A DNA stretch of 64,000 bases. Origin: Chamaesiphon sp. GTDB lineage: Bacteria; Cyanobacteriota; Cyanobacteriia; Cyanobacteriales; Chamaesiphonaceae. The position numbers were made by a program, and so were the translations under genes. Positions 40,912-50,791 of this stretch are shown piece by piece. The notes under the pieces are model-generated. The model had not been told where the DNA came from and ran no database searches. It saw only the letters and a list, made by a program, of their open reading frames with translations. The stretch spans positions 1-64,000 of the forward strand of contig CBDFFH010000029.1 of the NCBI GenBank assembly GCA_965246715.1. Direction: 5' to 3'. Every line of letters starts with the position of its first letter. The first letter of the stretch is position 1.

Positions 40912-41125
40912 AACTTCAGTTTGAGGTAAGCAGAATTAATTTGCTTCGCTCGAGCACCGCCCTGAACTATAAGTTCGGGCTAACAGCGAAAGTTCGTTGA
41001 AACGAACTGACCAATTGCTTAGTTCGTTTCAACGAACTTCTGCTTTTAGCCCCAAATTCATTTGAGGGCGGCGATCGAGCGAAGCAAGAAGTCATCGCTC
41101 GGAAATCCTTATCCCAAAAGTATTG
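40912..41125. mobile_element. Degenerate/chimeric MITE related to the 36607 element
   Basis: Shared interior (GCCCTGAAC..GGGCTAA..AGTTCGTTGAAACGAACT..); internal inverted repeat 40941-41087; no TSD found. Confidence 0.7.
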
Positions 41126-41197
41126 GGAATTAAATCCGATTGCCACATAAAGACGGTCAGGTGTAGTATTATACTTAATCTCAAGGTTATTTTTCAG

Positions 41198-42334
41198 ATG
41201 CACGATGATACTGTCAAACTATTAGCGTCGATCGAGTCCACCGTTCCAGGTTTGATATATAGAACTGAAGGTAATTACGCACTCAACCCATTAGTTTGGG
41301 ATGTAGGTACTCAAGGTGAATTTAGTATTAGTCGTTTACTTGAGTCTACAGGTAATCTCGTCCCGATCGAGTTAGATGATTTCTTGGGTTGGCAAGAGTA
41401 CTTAGAGGACTTTGAACATTGGCATGAATTTTTAGAACAGAATCCAGATTATTTAACTCAGGAAGAGCCAAGTAGCTATTGGATGTCTATCGCAGAACGT
41501 CCCTATTTCATCCAGTTTCAAGCAGAGGAGTATGAGGCATTTCTGTCTGAGTCAGTTGTCATGGCGCAACGATATCGTTCTTTACTTGATATTTTGAAAG
41601 CTTATACTACCTATTTGCAGGTTTATAGAGTCGTCAAATACGATGATACTATTCCATGTCGCGATGAAGCTGAAATTCGTGAATTTTATCTTGATAATGA
41701 TTTTAGTGATGATGAGATTGCTGAACATGAAGCTCAGATCGACGAGGCAAATCTTCAAACAGAAGACTATAGTAACGATCGCCGCTCATCAAAGTGCGTA
41801 TTTGAATCATTCAAAATTTTGGTAGGAAAAGTTAGTGACGATTGCTGGATTGGTATTAGTCCGATTCTAGTGAATGTCTCTCATTATTTGGAGTTTATGA
41901 ATCTTAGATCGCCAGAAAAGTTTGTCTCTCAGTGCATCTCTCGACAAGATACAGAGGCACTCAAATCTGAACTCGAACCAATTCTAGATACGCTGACGTT
42001 TATTCAGCGGAATTTTTATGACAGTTATGAAAAAGACAAAATGTACATTTGCGAGTTTGCTCGAACAAAAGAAGCTGCGATAAACATCCTGTTACATCGA
42101 TCGAGATTCCTCAAAACTGGGGAGTTTGATAGTTTTGGAACAAAAGGAGAAGGAGATGATGATTACGATCGAGAGGATAAATTTGATGAGATCGATCGAT
42201 TATTGAAATCCAACTTCAAAAACTTACGTATTCATGTTGCTGGAACAATGTCTATGTTTGACATTTACGCGATCGGTCAAGCTGAAAGTGGTGATTGGTT
42301 GGGTGCTTCTACAACTGCGATTTGGACGGGTTGA
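41198..42334 (+). CDS. Acidic hypothetical protein with NuiA-like (nuclease A inhibitor) domain(s)
   Basis: C-terminal IYAIGQAESGDWLGASTTAIWT and internal ILVGKVSDDCWIGIS motifs. Confidence 0.6.
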   Translation: MHDDTVKLLASIESTVPGLIYRTEGNYALNPLVWDVGTQGEFSISRLLESTGNLVPIELDDFLGWQEYLEDFEHWHEFLEQNPDYLTQEEPSSYWMSIAERPYFIQFQAEEYEAFLSESVVMAQRYRSLLDILKAYTTYLQVYRVVKYDDTIPCRDEAEIREFYLDNDFSDDEIAEHEAQIDEANLQTEDYSNDRRSSKCVFESFKILVGKVSDDCWIGISPILVNVSHYLEFMNLRSPEKFVSQCISRQDTEALKSELEPILDTLTFIQRNFYDSYEKDKMYICEFARTKEAAINILLHRSRFLKTGEFDSFGTKGEGDDDYDREDKFDEIDRLLKSNFKNLRIHVAGTMSMFDIYAIGQAESGDWLGASTTAIWTG

Positions 42335-42418
42335 GAGATTTTCGAGAACTATCGATTGGATTAAGATCGGTAAAGTTTAGAGTCAAGCTAGAGTTGTCAC
42401 AGTATGGGGAAAGCCACC

Positions 42419-43123
42419 ATGTTTGAACGCTACACAGAAAAATCTATCAAAGTAATTATGCTAGCTCAGGAAGAATCCCGCCGCCTGGGTCACAATTTTG
42501 TGGGTACCGAACAACTTTTGCTGGGGACGATTGGCGAAGGTACGGGGATCGGTGCGAAAGTTTTACAGTCGATGGGTGTGACTCTCCAAACTGCCAGAAT
42601 CGAAGTCGAGCGAATTATCGGACGTGGTGAGGGTTTTGTCGCCGTTGAAGTACCTTTTACGCCCAGAGCGAAAAACGTTCTAAATGTTGCTCTAGAAGAA
42701 TCTCGTCAACTCGGACATAATTATATCGGTACGGAGCACCTGCTCCTCGGTCTGATTCGCGAAGGTGAAGGTGTCGCCACCAGAGTCCTCGAACGACTGG
42801 ATATAGATCTACCCGACGTTCGGAATCAAATAATTCGGATGCTAGGCGAAAGTGAAGCATCTCGTCGAGCACAGATCGAGGCTGAGTCAGATAATTGGGG
42901 CGTAGTCGAGCCATTAGAAGATGATGATTTTGGGATCGAGCGGCGGAGATCGCGCCGACGGTATCGACTAGAGAGTCAAGATCCGCTAGAAACATCAGAA
43001 ACTAAACTAATGCTTCGATCGATTCTCCATCGCACGATCGCGATCGAACGGAGTGTTAATGAAATAAAAGCAGAGATTGTAGCTCTAAGCGATCGGGTTG
43101 CCAGGATCGAAGGTAAGTTATAA
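42419..43123 (+). CDS. Stand-alone Clp N-terminal domain protein
   Basis: The first ~143 aa closely match the adjacent ClpC N-domain; no AAA module; coiled-coil-like tail. Confidence 0.9.
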   Translation: MFERYTEKSIKVIMLAQEESRRLGHNFVGTEQLLLGTIGEGTGIGAKVLQSMGVTLQTARIEVERIIGRGEGFVAVEVPFTPRAKNVLNVALEESRQLGHNYIGTEHLLLGLIREGEGVATRVLERLDIDLPDVRNQIIRMLGESEASRRAQIEAESDNWGVVEPLEDDDFGIERRRSRRRYRLESQDPLETSETKLMLRSILHRTIAIERSVNEIKAEIVALSDRVARIEGKL

Positions 43124-43537
43124 CCGCATGTCAGTATTGATTTTGGGCTATTTGCTGTAGTTATAAATCTCCCCTTTGACGAGTGATTTTAGCTATCGAT
43201 CGATAGTTTGTCGGACGATCGCTATGATTGTAACTACCCCTTTGGAGAGATCTTTTCAACCTTTTGCAACCGTTATACTTCAAGTCGATTCGAGCTTTTA
43301 GAACGGCAATCTGTACCAGTAATTTGGCGGCAATTCTGTAAAGACTTTTGACAGAATCTTGCTTGGCGAAGGTTAGAGTCTGGCTATTAACACGATCGAT
43401 TGATGAATAGGGCAAAAATAAGTAACAATTCCCGATCCCCATTCTGCCAAAACGATCGTTATTACCGAACCTTATATCTAAAATTACTGTGTTAAGATTT
43501 AGTGAACAGGACAAGCAGCAGGGGATGGAAAACAGCC

Positions 43538-46042
43538 ATGTTTGAACGCTTTACAGAAAAAGCCATTAAAGTGATCATGCTGGCCCAGGAAGAAGCACGT
43601 CGCCTGGGTCACAATTTCGTCGGTACCGAGCAAATCCTTCTCGGATTGATTGGTGAGGGTACTGGCGTAGCGGCTAAGGTTTTGAAGTCGATGGGAGTCA
43701 ATCTCAAAGATGCCAGAATCGAGGTCGAGAAAATTATCGGACGTGGTTCGGGCTTCGTAGCCGTTGAAATCCCCTTCACCCCGAGAGCAAAACGCGTTCT
43801 AGAGTTATCACTAGAAGAAGCCCGCCAACTCGGACATAATTATATCGGTACGGAACACTTACTACTCGGACTGATCCGCGAAGGCGAAGGTGTCGCTGCC
43901 AGAGTACTCGAAAATCTCGGTGTGGACTTAACTAAAGTTCGGACTCAAGTGATTCGGATGCTGGGCGAAACTTCAGAATCCAGCACGGCTACTGCAGGTG
44001 GCGCAAGATCTGGCAGTAATAAGACTCCTACGCTGGATGAGTTTGGTTCCAATCTGACTCAAATGGCGCATGATGGCAAGTTAGATCCAGTTGTGGGTCG
44101 AGCTAAAGAAATCGAACGGGTCATCCAAATCCTCGGACGACGGACGAAAAATAATCCCGTCTTAATCGGCGAACCAGGTGTCGGTAAAACCGCGATCGCG
44201 GAAGGTTTGGCGCAACGCATTGCCAATCAGGACATCCCCGATATCCTCGAAGACAAGCGCGTCGTTACCCTTGACATCGGGTTACTCGTCGCTGGTACTA
44301 AATACCGTGGTGAATTCGAGGAACGCCTCAAAAAAATCATGGATGAAATCCGCCAAGCGGGTAATGTCATCCTCGTGATAGATGAAGTCCACACCTTAAT
44401 CGGTGCTGGTGCTGCTGAAGGCGCGATCGATGCTGCGAATATTCTCAAACCTGCGCTAGCACGGGGCGAACTCCAGTGTATCGGCGCGACGACGCTAGAT
44501 GAATACCGCAAACATATCGAGCGGGATGCAGCTCTAGAACGTCGCTTCCAACCAGTAATGGTCGGCGAACCCAGCGTTGAAGAAACCATCGAAATCTTAC
44601 ACGGTTTGCGGGAACGCTACGAACAGCACCACAAACTGAAGATCACCGATAACGCCCTCGTAGCTGCGGCGACCCTAGCAGATCGTTATATCTCCGATCG
44701 CTTCTTACCAGATAAAGCGATCGATCTGATGGATGAAGCTGGTTCGCGCGTCCGCTTACTCAATTCCCAACTTCCCGCCGCTGCGAAAGAATTGGATAAA
44801 GAATTGCGGAAAGTGCTTAAAGAGAAAGACGAAGCCGTCCGCTCTCAAGATTTCGATAAAGCCGGAACTCTCAAAGACCGCGAACTCGAAATCAAATCCG
44901 AAATCAAAGCGATCGCGCAAACCAAGAAAGCTAGCGATGAAACTAGCGATCGTGTGATGCCCGAAGTAACAGAAGAGGAAATCGCGCATATCGTCGCATC
45001 TTGGACTGGCGTACCCGTCAGCAAGCTGACCGAATCCGAATCCGTCAAACTGCTAAACATGGAAGAAACCCTCCATCAGCGGTTGATCGGTCAAGAAGAA
45101 GCTGTCAAAGCAGTTTCTCGCGCCATCCGTCGCGCTCGCGTCGGTTTGAAAAATCCCAACCGTCCGATCGCCAGTTTCATCTTCTCCGGCCCGACTGGAG
45201 TTGGTAAAACCGAATTGACTAAAGCTCTGGCAACTTACTTCTTCGGTTCCGAAGAAGCGATGATCCGCTTGGATATGTCCGAGTACATGGAACGCCACAC
45301 CGTATCGAAACTGATCGGTTCGCCGCCAGGCTACGTCGGCTACAGCGAAGGCGGTCAACTAACCGAAGCAGTTCGTCGGAAGCCTTACACCGTCGTCTTA
45401 TTCGATGAAATCGAGAAAGCGCACCCTGACATCTTTAATATGCTCTTGCAGATTTTAGAAGATGGTCGCCTCACCGATGCCAAAGGCCGCACGGTAGACT
45501 TCAAGAATACGATGATCATCTTGACCTCAAATATTGGGTCGAAGGTAATCGAGAAAGGTGGCGGTGGTTTGGGGTTCGAGTTCTCGGACAACAAAACCGA
45601 AGCAACTTATAACCGCATCCGCAGCTTGGTCAACGAAGAACTCAAAAACTACTTCCGTCCAGAGTTCCTCAACCGTCTCGATGAAATCATCGTCTTCCAA
45701 CAGCTCACCAAGCCGGAAATCTTGGAGATTGCCGACATTATGCTCAAGGATCTGTTCGGTCGTCTGACCGAGCGCGGCATCACGCTCGAAGTGACCGACC
45801 GCTTCAAAGATCGCTTGATCGATGAGGGCTACAATCCTGCCTACGGTGCTCGTCCATTACGTCGTGCGATTATGCGACTACTTGAAGACATCCTCGCTGA
45901 GGAAATGCTCTCTGGTCGCTTAAAAGATGGTGACACATCGATCGTCGATATGGGTGAAGATGGTAAAGCAATCTTGACTCCCAAACAACAAGATAAATTA
46001 CCCGTCGCCGCACCCGACTTACTAGCACCAGTCGGTGAATAG
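43538..46042 (+). CDS. clpC: ATP-dependent Clp protease ATP-binding subunit ClpC
   Basis: [12 protein letters not shown]-domain; GEPGVGKT and GPTGVGKT Walker A motifs. Confidence 0.98.
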   Translation: MFERFTEKAIKVIMLAQEEARRLGHNFVGTEQILLGLIGEGTGVAAKVLKSMGVNLKDARIEVEKIIGRGSGFVAVEIPFTPRAKRVLELSLEEARQLGHNYIGTEHLLLGLIREGEGVAARVLENLGVDLTKVRTQVIRMLGETSESSTATAGGARSGSNKTPTLDEFGSNLTQMAHDGKLDPVVGRAKEIERVIQILGRRTKNNPVLIGEPGVGKTAIAEGLAQRIANQDIPDILEDKRVVTLDIGLLVAGTKYRGEFEERLKKIMDEIRQAGNVILVIDEVHTLIGAGAAEGAIDAANILKPALARGELQCIGATTLDEYRKHIERDAALERRFQPVMVGEPSVEETIEILHGLRERYEQHHKLKITDNALVAAATLADRYISDRFLPDKAIDLMDEAGSRVRLLNSQLPAAAKELDKELRKVLKEKDEAVRSQDFDKAGTLKDRELEIKSEIKAIAQTKKASDETSDRVMPEVTEEEIAHIVASWTGVPVSKLTESESVKLLNMEETLHQRLIGQEEAVKAVSRAIRRARVGLKNPNRPIASFIFSGPTGVGKTELTKALATYFFGSEEAMIRLDMSEYMERHTVSKLIGSPPGYVGYSEGGQLTEAVRRKPYTVVLFDEIEKAHPDIFNMLLQILEDGRLTDAKGRTVDFKNTMIILTSNIGSKVIEKGGGGLGFEFSDNKTEATYNRIRSLVNEELKNYFRPEFLNRLDEIIVFQQLTKPEILEIADIMLKDLFGRLTERGITLEVTDRFKDRLIDEGYNPAYGARPLRRAIMRLLEDILAEEMLSGRLKDGDTSIVDMGEDGKAILTPKQQDKLPVAAPDLLAPVGE

Positions 46043-46060
46043 TAAGTTAGAGCGGTAGAT

Positions 46061-46093
46061 AAAAAAAGGCGTACTATTCAGTACGCCTTTTTT
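46061..46093 (+). terminator. Intrinsic terminator of clpC
   Basis: AAAAAAGGCGTACT-attc-AGTACGCCTTTTTT. Confidence 0.85.
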
Positions 46094-46166
46094 AGTAGCG
46101 ATCGATACTGGTTCGTCTCTGGGTATATGCCGATAGCTAGCGAAGAGGTTTCAGACAAATACTTTA

Positions 46167-46292
46167 GGCGTTGCTGAATTGCAGTATGCTGAAATCGCCC
46201 TCACAATTTAGGGTAGGGGCAATTCATGAATTGCCCCTACCCTAAATCTAAGATTGCCATGATGGTAAATCATCCCTACCTTCAGCAACGCC
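46167..46292. mobile_element. MITE, 126 bp, 12-bp TIRs, 8-bp TSD, carrying a 42-bp REP palindrome
   Basis: GGCGTTGCTGAA / TTCAGCAACGCC; ATACTTTA at 46159-46166 and 46293-46300; perfect palindrome at 46206-46247. Confidence 0.9.
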
Positions 46293-46315
46293 ATACTTTA
46301 TATATAAAAATAATT

Positions 46316-46726
46316 ATGACTGAATTCTCGGCTGGATGGCTAAAAGGTGTCGATGAGTTCAATCGTCAAGATTATTATGCCTGTCACGATACGCTCGAAG
46401 CATTGTGGATGGATGCAGCAATTTCAGACAAAAATTTTTATCAAGGTGTATTGCAAATTGCGGTCGGTTGCTATCATCTCCACAACCACAATTTGAAAGG
46501 CGCAATTATTTTACTCGGCGAAGGTGTCGGTCGGTTGTCTTACTACCAACCAGTTTATGAGGGGATAGATGTCAGTAGTGCGATCCGAGATAGTCACAAT
46601 CTGCTGCAAACTCTACAATCGATCGATCCCGACAAAGTAATCGATTTTGTTGCCAGCTTACAAACAGATCGCAAGCTTTTACCAATTATTCACTGGGTGC
46701 AGCAATCTCCCCAGCAAATTACTTAA
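46316..46726 (+). CDS. DUF309 domain protein
   Basis: FNRQDYYACHDTLEALW...FYQGVLQIAVG; start placed after the MITE. Confidence 0.88.
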   Translation: MTEFSAGWLKGVDEFNRQDYYACHDTLEALWMDAAISDKNFYQGVLQIAVGCYHLHNHNLKGAIILLGEGVGRLSYYQPVYEGIDVSSAIRDSHNLLQTLQSIDPDKVIDFVASLQTDRKLLPIIHWVQQSPQQIT

Positions 46727-46753
46727 ATAATAGCCGTAAGTTAATTCTAGCGA

Positions 46754-47005
46754 CTAAGAATTATGCTCGGTTTTACTATCGATTGCTTCGCTAGATTCGA
46801 GCTTGCTCGGAGTTTTAACTGCTGTTTCGATCGCGTCTACTTCTTTCTTAAATTCTGACTGAAAATCATTCGAGGCTTCTTGGAAACCCTTAATTGCCTT
46901 GCCCAGACTCTTGCCAATTTCTGGTAATTTCTTAGGGCCAAATACTAATAATACGACCACTGCGATCGCGATCGTTTCTGGTAAACCGATGCCAAAAAAA
47001 TTCAC
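46754..47005 (-). CDS. tatA: Twin-arginine translocase TatA/E subunit
   Basis: FGIGLPE..VLLVFGPKKLPEIGKSLGKAIKGF; GTG start. Confidence 0.93.
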   Translation of the reverse strand: MNFFGIGLPETIAIAVVVLLVFGPKKLPEIGKSLGKAIKGFQEASNDFQSEFKKEVDAIETAVKTPSKLESSEAIDSKTEHNS

Positions 47006-47185
47006 TATCTTGTTCCTCTCAATTATGCTGACAGTATTCGCGTCAGACTCCAACAATTCGCTTTGCTCAGACGATAGCCAGCGATCTGGAATGGGGTAGA
47101 ACTGGTTTCCTGCGCGTAGCACCAAAAGAAACTTTAGCACGATCGCCACAATTTTCCCTGCCCCAATGTCCAGTCACAAGCGAAT

Positions 47186-47389
47186 CTATTGTCCGCCGCC
47201 ACTCCAGTCCACAGAAAAACTATCGAGAACGAGAGAGTTATTGTAGATTTGGAGAATGATCAGTAAAAAGACCGCAAATAATAGCATAAATACGCCCATG
47301 ACAGGGGTCGTACCCCAGCCAGGGACGACCTTACCATATTCAGCATTGAGGGGTCTGAGAATATCTCCTAATTTAGTGCGCTGTGCCAT
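47186..47389 (-). CDS. psbH: Photosystem II phosphoprotein PsbH
   Basis: [29 protein letters not shown]. Confidence 0.98.
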   Translation of the reverse strand: MAQRTKLGDILRPLNAEYGKVVPGWGTTPVMGVFMLLFAVFLLIILQIYNNSLVLDSFSVDWSGGGQ

Positions 47390-47609
47390 GCTTCACCGAT
47401 GATGTTATGTGAATAGTAATATCTGGGATGGAAATATTCCACACCCTCAGTCTACCAAAGAAAATTCTAGTTTTAGCCAACCGATCCCAAGAGAATTTCC
47501 CAGGGGGATCCTCAGACACCGATTAGCGCTACAAAATGAGAATTTTGGTAAATTTTTGTAAAACTTAGTAATATTATAAGAGAAGCAATACACCAAAATT
47601 AGAATAATC

Positions 47610-47741
47610 ATGGATTCTGCAACAGTTCTTAGTGTTACCTTGGCTGCGCTGGTAATTCTCACTACCGCCTACGGTTTATATATGTCATTTGGCTCCGCAT
47701 CCAAGCAATTGGCCGATCCTTTTGACGACCATGAAGATTAA
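47610..47741 (+). CDS. psbN: Photosystem II assembly protein PsbN (missed by the ORF track)
   Basis: MDSATVLSVTLAALVILTTAYGLYMSFGSASKQLADPFDDHED*, 43 aa, divergent from psbH. Confidence 0.96.
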   Translation: MDSATVLSVTLAALVILTTAYGLYMSFGSASKQLADPFDDHED

Positions 47742-47873
47742 TACCTCACCGCTTACGAGCTAGACTTTGATTTGGCTCTACAGCAGCCGATTGGGAAGAA
47801 TAATCTCCTCACGCGGCACCCTGACGAACTAGTAGGGGTAAGCACGCGGATTACCCCAGTTGGCTCAGCCAAT

Positions 47874-48755
47874 TTATACTACTACAGCAGTTTTCAACAG
47901 CGGAAAGCCCAATTCTTCGCGTTGAGCCAGATAGAGCTGCGCTACTTGTCTGGCTAAACCACGCACCTTAGTGATATAGCGCGTCCGTTCGGTGACCGAA
48001 ATTACGCCGCGCGCATCCAACATATTAAAAGTGTGCGAGCACTTGAGTACATAGTCCAAACTCGGCATCACCAATTTTCTGGCAATGAGTTGTTCGGCTT
48101 CTTGTTGATAGAGATCGAATAGAGTAAACAATAATTCGGGATTGGATGCCTCAAAGTTATAGGTGGACTGCTCGATTTCTGACTGAAGATAGATATCCGC
48201 ATAGGTGATACTATCGTTCCACTGAATCTTCGCGATCGAGTCTACACCCTGAAGATACATACACAACCGTTCCAAGCCATAGGTAATCTCGATCGATACC
48301 GGACGACAATCGATCCCCCCACATTGCTGGAAGTAAGTAAACTGAGTAACTTCCATCCCATCGAGCCAGACTTCCCAGCCGACACCCCACGCACCCATCG
48401 CTGCGTCTTCCCAGTTATCCTCCACAAACCGAATATCATGGTCTTCTGGCTTAATTCCCAGCGAACGGAGCGAGTCGAGATACACGTCCTGAATGTTGTC
48501 TGGGGAAGGCTTGATTAAGACCTGATATTGATAATAATGTTGATAGCGGTTGGGATTTTGACCGTAGCGACCGTCCCCAGGTCGACGACAGGGTTCGATA
48601 TAGGCCACCGACCAGGGTTCTGGGCCGATCGATCGCAAGAAGGTATGATGGCTCTTGGTCGCAGCACCCTTTTCGGTATCGTATGGTTGCGCGATGATAC
48701 AGCCTTGTGCGCTCCAAAACTCGTTTAGAGTAGCAACGACGGATTGAAAATTCAT
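47874..48755 (-). CDS. glyQ: Glycine--tRNA ligase alpha subunit
   Basis: [46 protein letters not shown]. Confidence 0.98.
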   Translation of the reverse strand: MNFQSVVATLNEFWSAQGCIIAQPYDTEKGAATKSHHTFLRSIGPEPWSVAYIEPCRRPGDGRYGQNPNRYQHYYQYQVLIKPSPDNIQDVYLDSLRSLGIKPEDHDIRFVEDNWEDAAMGAWGVGWEVWLDGMEVTQFTYFQQCGGIDCRPVSIEITYGLERLCMYLQGVDSIAKIQWNDSITYADIYLQSEIEQSTYNFEASNPELLFTLFDLYQQEAEQLIARKLVMPSLDYVLKCSHTFNMLDARGVISVTERTRYITKVRGLARQVAQLYLAQREELGFPLLKTAVVV

Positions 48756-48989
48756 CTAAGGATTAAATATAGTATTGATATTGTGTCACTCGAACCATCC
48801 ATGAAGCAACAGGTTTTGGAGTAGTGGTGTAATAAAAAAGATTTTACATAGGGGCACCCTGCTCGACTAAGTACCATTCGTCCGTTCTAAAACTTCGCCG
48901 AAAACCCGTAGATACTCACAATCGATGCGCGCTCGTCAGGTTCCGACAAGATTTATGCAATTTCGCAACCAAATCAACTCTAAAAAATC

Positions 48990-49017
48990 AAAAGCCCACA
49001 TAATTATGTGGGCTTTT
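48990..49017 (-). terminator. Palindromic terminator downstream of the DUF1232 gene
   Basis: AAAAGCCCACATAATTATGTGGGCTTTT. Confidence 0.7.
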
Positions 49018-49049
49018 ACTTGATTTATAATACGAGCTGCATTCGATCG

Positions 49050-49340
49050 TTATTGAATTGGTTGAACATCAATAACTGTGTCGGTTGCATCCGGAGTAAA
49101 TTTGGTAGATCTCTTACTTTTAGATTGAAGTTTGGTTTTAGCAACTTGTGCGACTTCAGCAACCAATAAAGAAATAATCAAACTATCATCAAGCAATCCC
49201 ACAAAAGGTATAAAATCAGGAGCTAAATCGATCGGGCTAACTAGATAAGCAAGCGAAGCAGCTACAACCCACCACCGATATTTAGGATTTTGCAAGAGAC
49301 CACGATACCAGTTGAGTAGGGATTGGATGTTGAAGTTCAT
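49050..49340 (-). CDS. YkvA/DUF1232 family protein
   Basis: YLVSPIDLAPDFIPFVGLLDD. Confidence 0.9.
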   Translation of the reverse strand: MNFNIQSLLNWYRGLLQNPKYRWWVVAASLAYLVSPIDLAPDFIPFVGLLDDSLIISLLVAEVAQVAKTKLQSKSKRSTKFTPDATDTVIDVQPIQ

Positions 49341-49490
49341 CGGGTGATTCCTGGGTTGGTTTTGTCGATATCTCTATCATCGCAAATTCCTGAAGATTGT
49401 ACAGATACGGTAAACCCACTAACTATTATGGTTGTTACTACTGAAGGTGGGAATTTTGGATTGATGTTTAGACCCACACATAACCGTCTA

Positions 49491-50645
49491 TTAAAACATG
49501 TCTGCTGGATCGGCAGCCCGCAGCTTTCTGACGGCAATAGCACCTGAGATCGTACACATAATCATAGTCAAAAGTAACACGGTAACGCCACGAGCAACGG
49601 TCATTAATAGTGGCAGATTGGTCGCATTGCGCGTCATGGCATAAAGACCGACAGCAGCTAACATTCCCGGAAAGAAGCCGACGATCGATAGAATTAAAGC
49701 TTCTTGAAAAACGACAGTTAATAGATAAAAATCTGTGTAACCCATCGCTTTGAGCGTGGCATATTCAGATAAATGATCGGCAACATCGGTATAGAGAATC
49801 TGATAAACGATCACGATCCCGACGATAAATCCCATCACCGTCCCGAGCGTAAAGATAAACCCGATCGAGGTACCAGTTTGCCAGTAACTTTTTTCGAAGT
49901 CAATAAATTCTTCTTTAGAAAATATTTTGACATCTTTCGGGTAATATGCCTGCATTGCGGAGATCGTGGCTTTGACATCAGTACCGGGTTTGAGCTTAAC
50001 GACACCAACGTCGATCAGTCCGGTATCGCGTTTGAATAGCCGCACAAAATTGGTATCGCTGGTCATGATATTACCATCTGCACCGAAAGACGCACCGAGC
50101 GAAAATAGACCACCAATATCGATTTTACGTCCCCCTACTTCGGTGCGAACTCGTTGACCAGATGCAAATAATTTACCGATCGGGCCGAATTGGGTGCGAG
50201 ATTTGTCATCAAACAAAAAAGTATCTGGCAATTGCATCTTGTCAAGATTTTCGGCTACTCCTGGTAATTGGAATAATTGCTTATCGGCTGGGTTGAAACC
50301 AATTACCATGATTTGGCGAGTATTTTTTTCGACTGGATTTTTCCAGATTTCAAACCCTAGATAAATCGGAGTGACTGACTCTACGCCATTAAATGCTAGA
50401 GCTTGATAGAGTCGTCGTCGAGGGAATGATTTCATTGAAATCAACGCGGTAGATTGGGGGCCGATTAAGAAGACATCGCCGTTGACATTAGTATGGAATT
50501 TGACGGCGCTATCGAATAGGGCATCCCGAAAGCCCAACTGCATAAACATCAAGATATCGGCAAAGCTAATCCCCGCGATCGCTACCAGCAGTCGAATCTT
50601 TTCATGACTGAGTTGTAACCAAGCTAGGGGAATCTTTTTGAACAT
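49491..50645 (-). CDS. devC: DevC-family ABC exporter permease
   Basis: IPLAWLQL, ADILMFMQLGF, YQILYTDV..HLSEYATLKAMGY, ADPADMF. Confidence 0.92.
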   Translation of the reverse strand: MFKKIPLAWLQLSHEKIRLLVAIAGISFADILMFMQLGFRDALFDSAVKFHTNVNGDVFLIGPQSTALISMKSFPRRRLYQALAFNGVESVTPIYLGFEIWKNPVEKNTRQIMVIGFNPADKQLFQLPGVAENLDKMQLPDTFLFDDKSRTQFGPIGKLFASGQRVRTEVGGRKIDIGGLFSLGASFGADGNIMTSDTNFVRLFKRDTGLIDVGVVKLKPGTDVKATISAMQAYYPKDVKIFSKEEFIDFEKSYWQTGTSIGFIFTLGTVMGFIVGIVIVYQILYTDVADHLSEYATLKAMGYTDFYLLTVVFQEALILSIVGFFPGMLAAVGLYAMTRNATNLPLLMTVARGVTVLLLTMIMCTISGAIAVRKLRAADPADMF

Positions 50646-50678
50646 TTTAGTTATTATTTATCATTCATTAACTGGTTA

Positions 50679-50770
50679 TATAGCAGTTCTCATCCTAGTG
50701 AAGGGCATTATTAGGGATTTTAGTGACTCGTGGCTAATGAATGTACCTCATTCGATTTGGAACCGTTATA
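50679..50770. mobile_element. Degenerate MITE-like element between devB and devC
   Basis: Imperfect ~30-bp TIRs: TATAGCAGTTCTCATCCTAGTGAAGGGCAT versus the reverse complement TATAACGGTTCCAAATCGAATGAGGTACAT; TA ends. Confidence 0.45.
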
Positions 50771-50791
50771 TTAAAGAATCGGGTGAGTGCT

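Noticed and set aside
40967..41203. 78-aa minus-strand ORF
   Set aside because: Mostly a translation of MITE sequence.
43161..43514. 117-aa minus-strand ORF upstream of clpC
   Set aside because: No motif; it lies in the probable clpC promoter/leader region.
47006..47149. N-terminal extension of TatA
   Set aside because: Similarity to TatA begins at GTG 47005.
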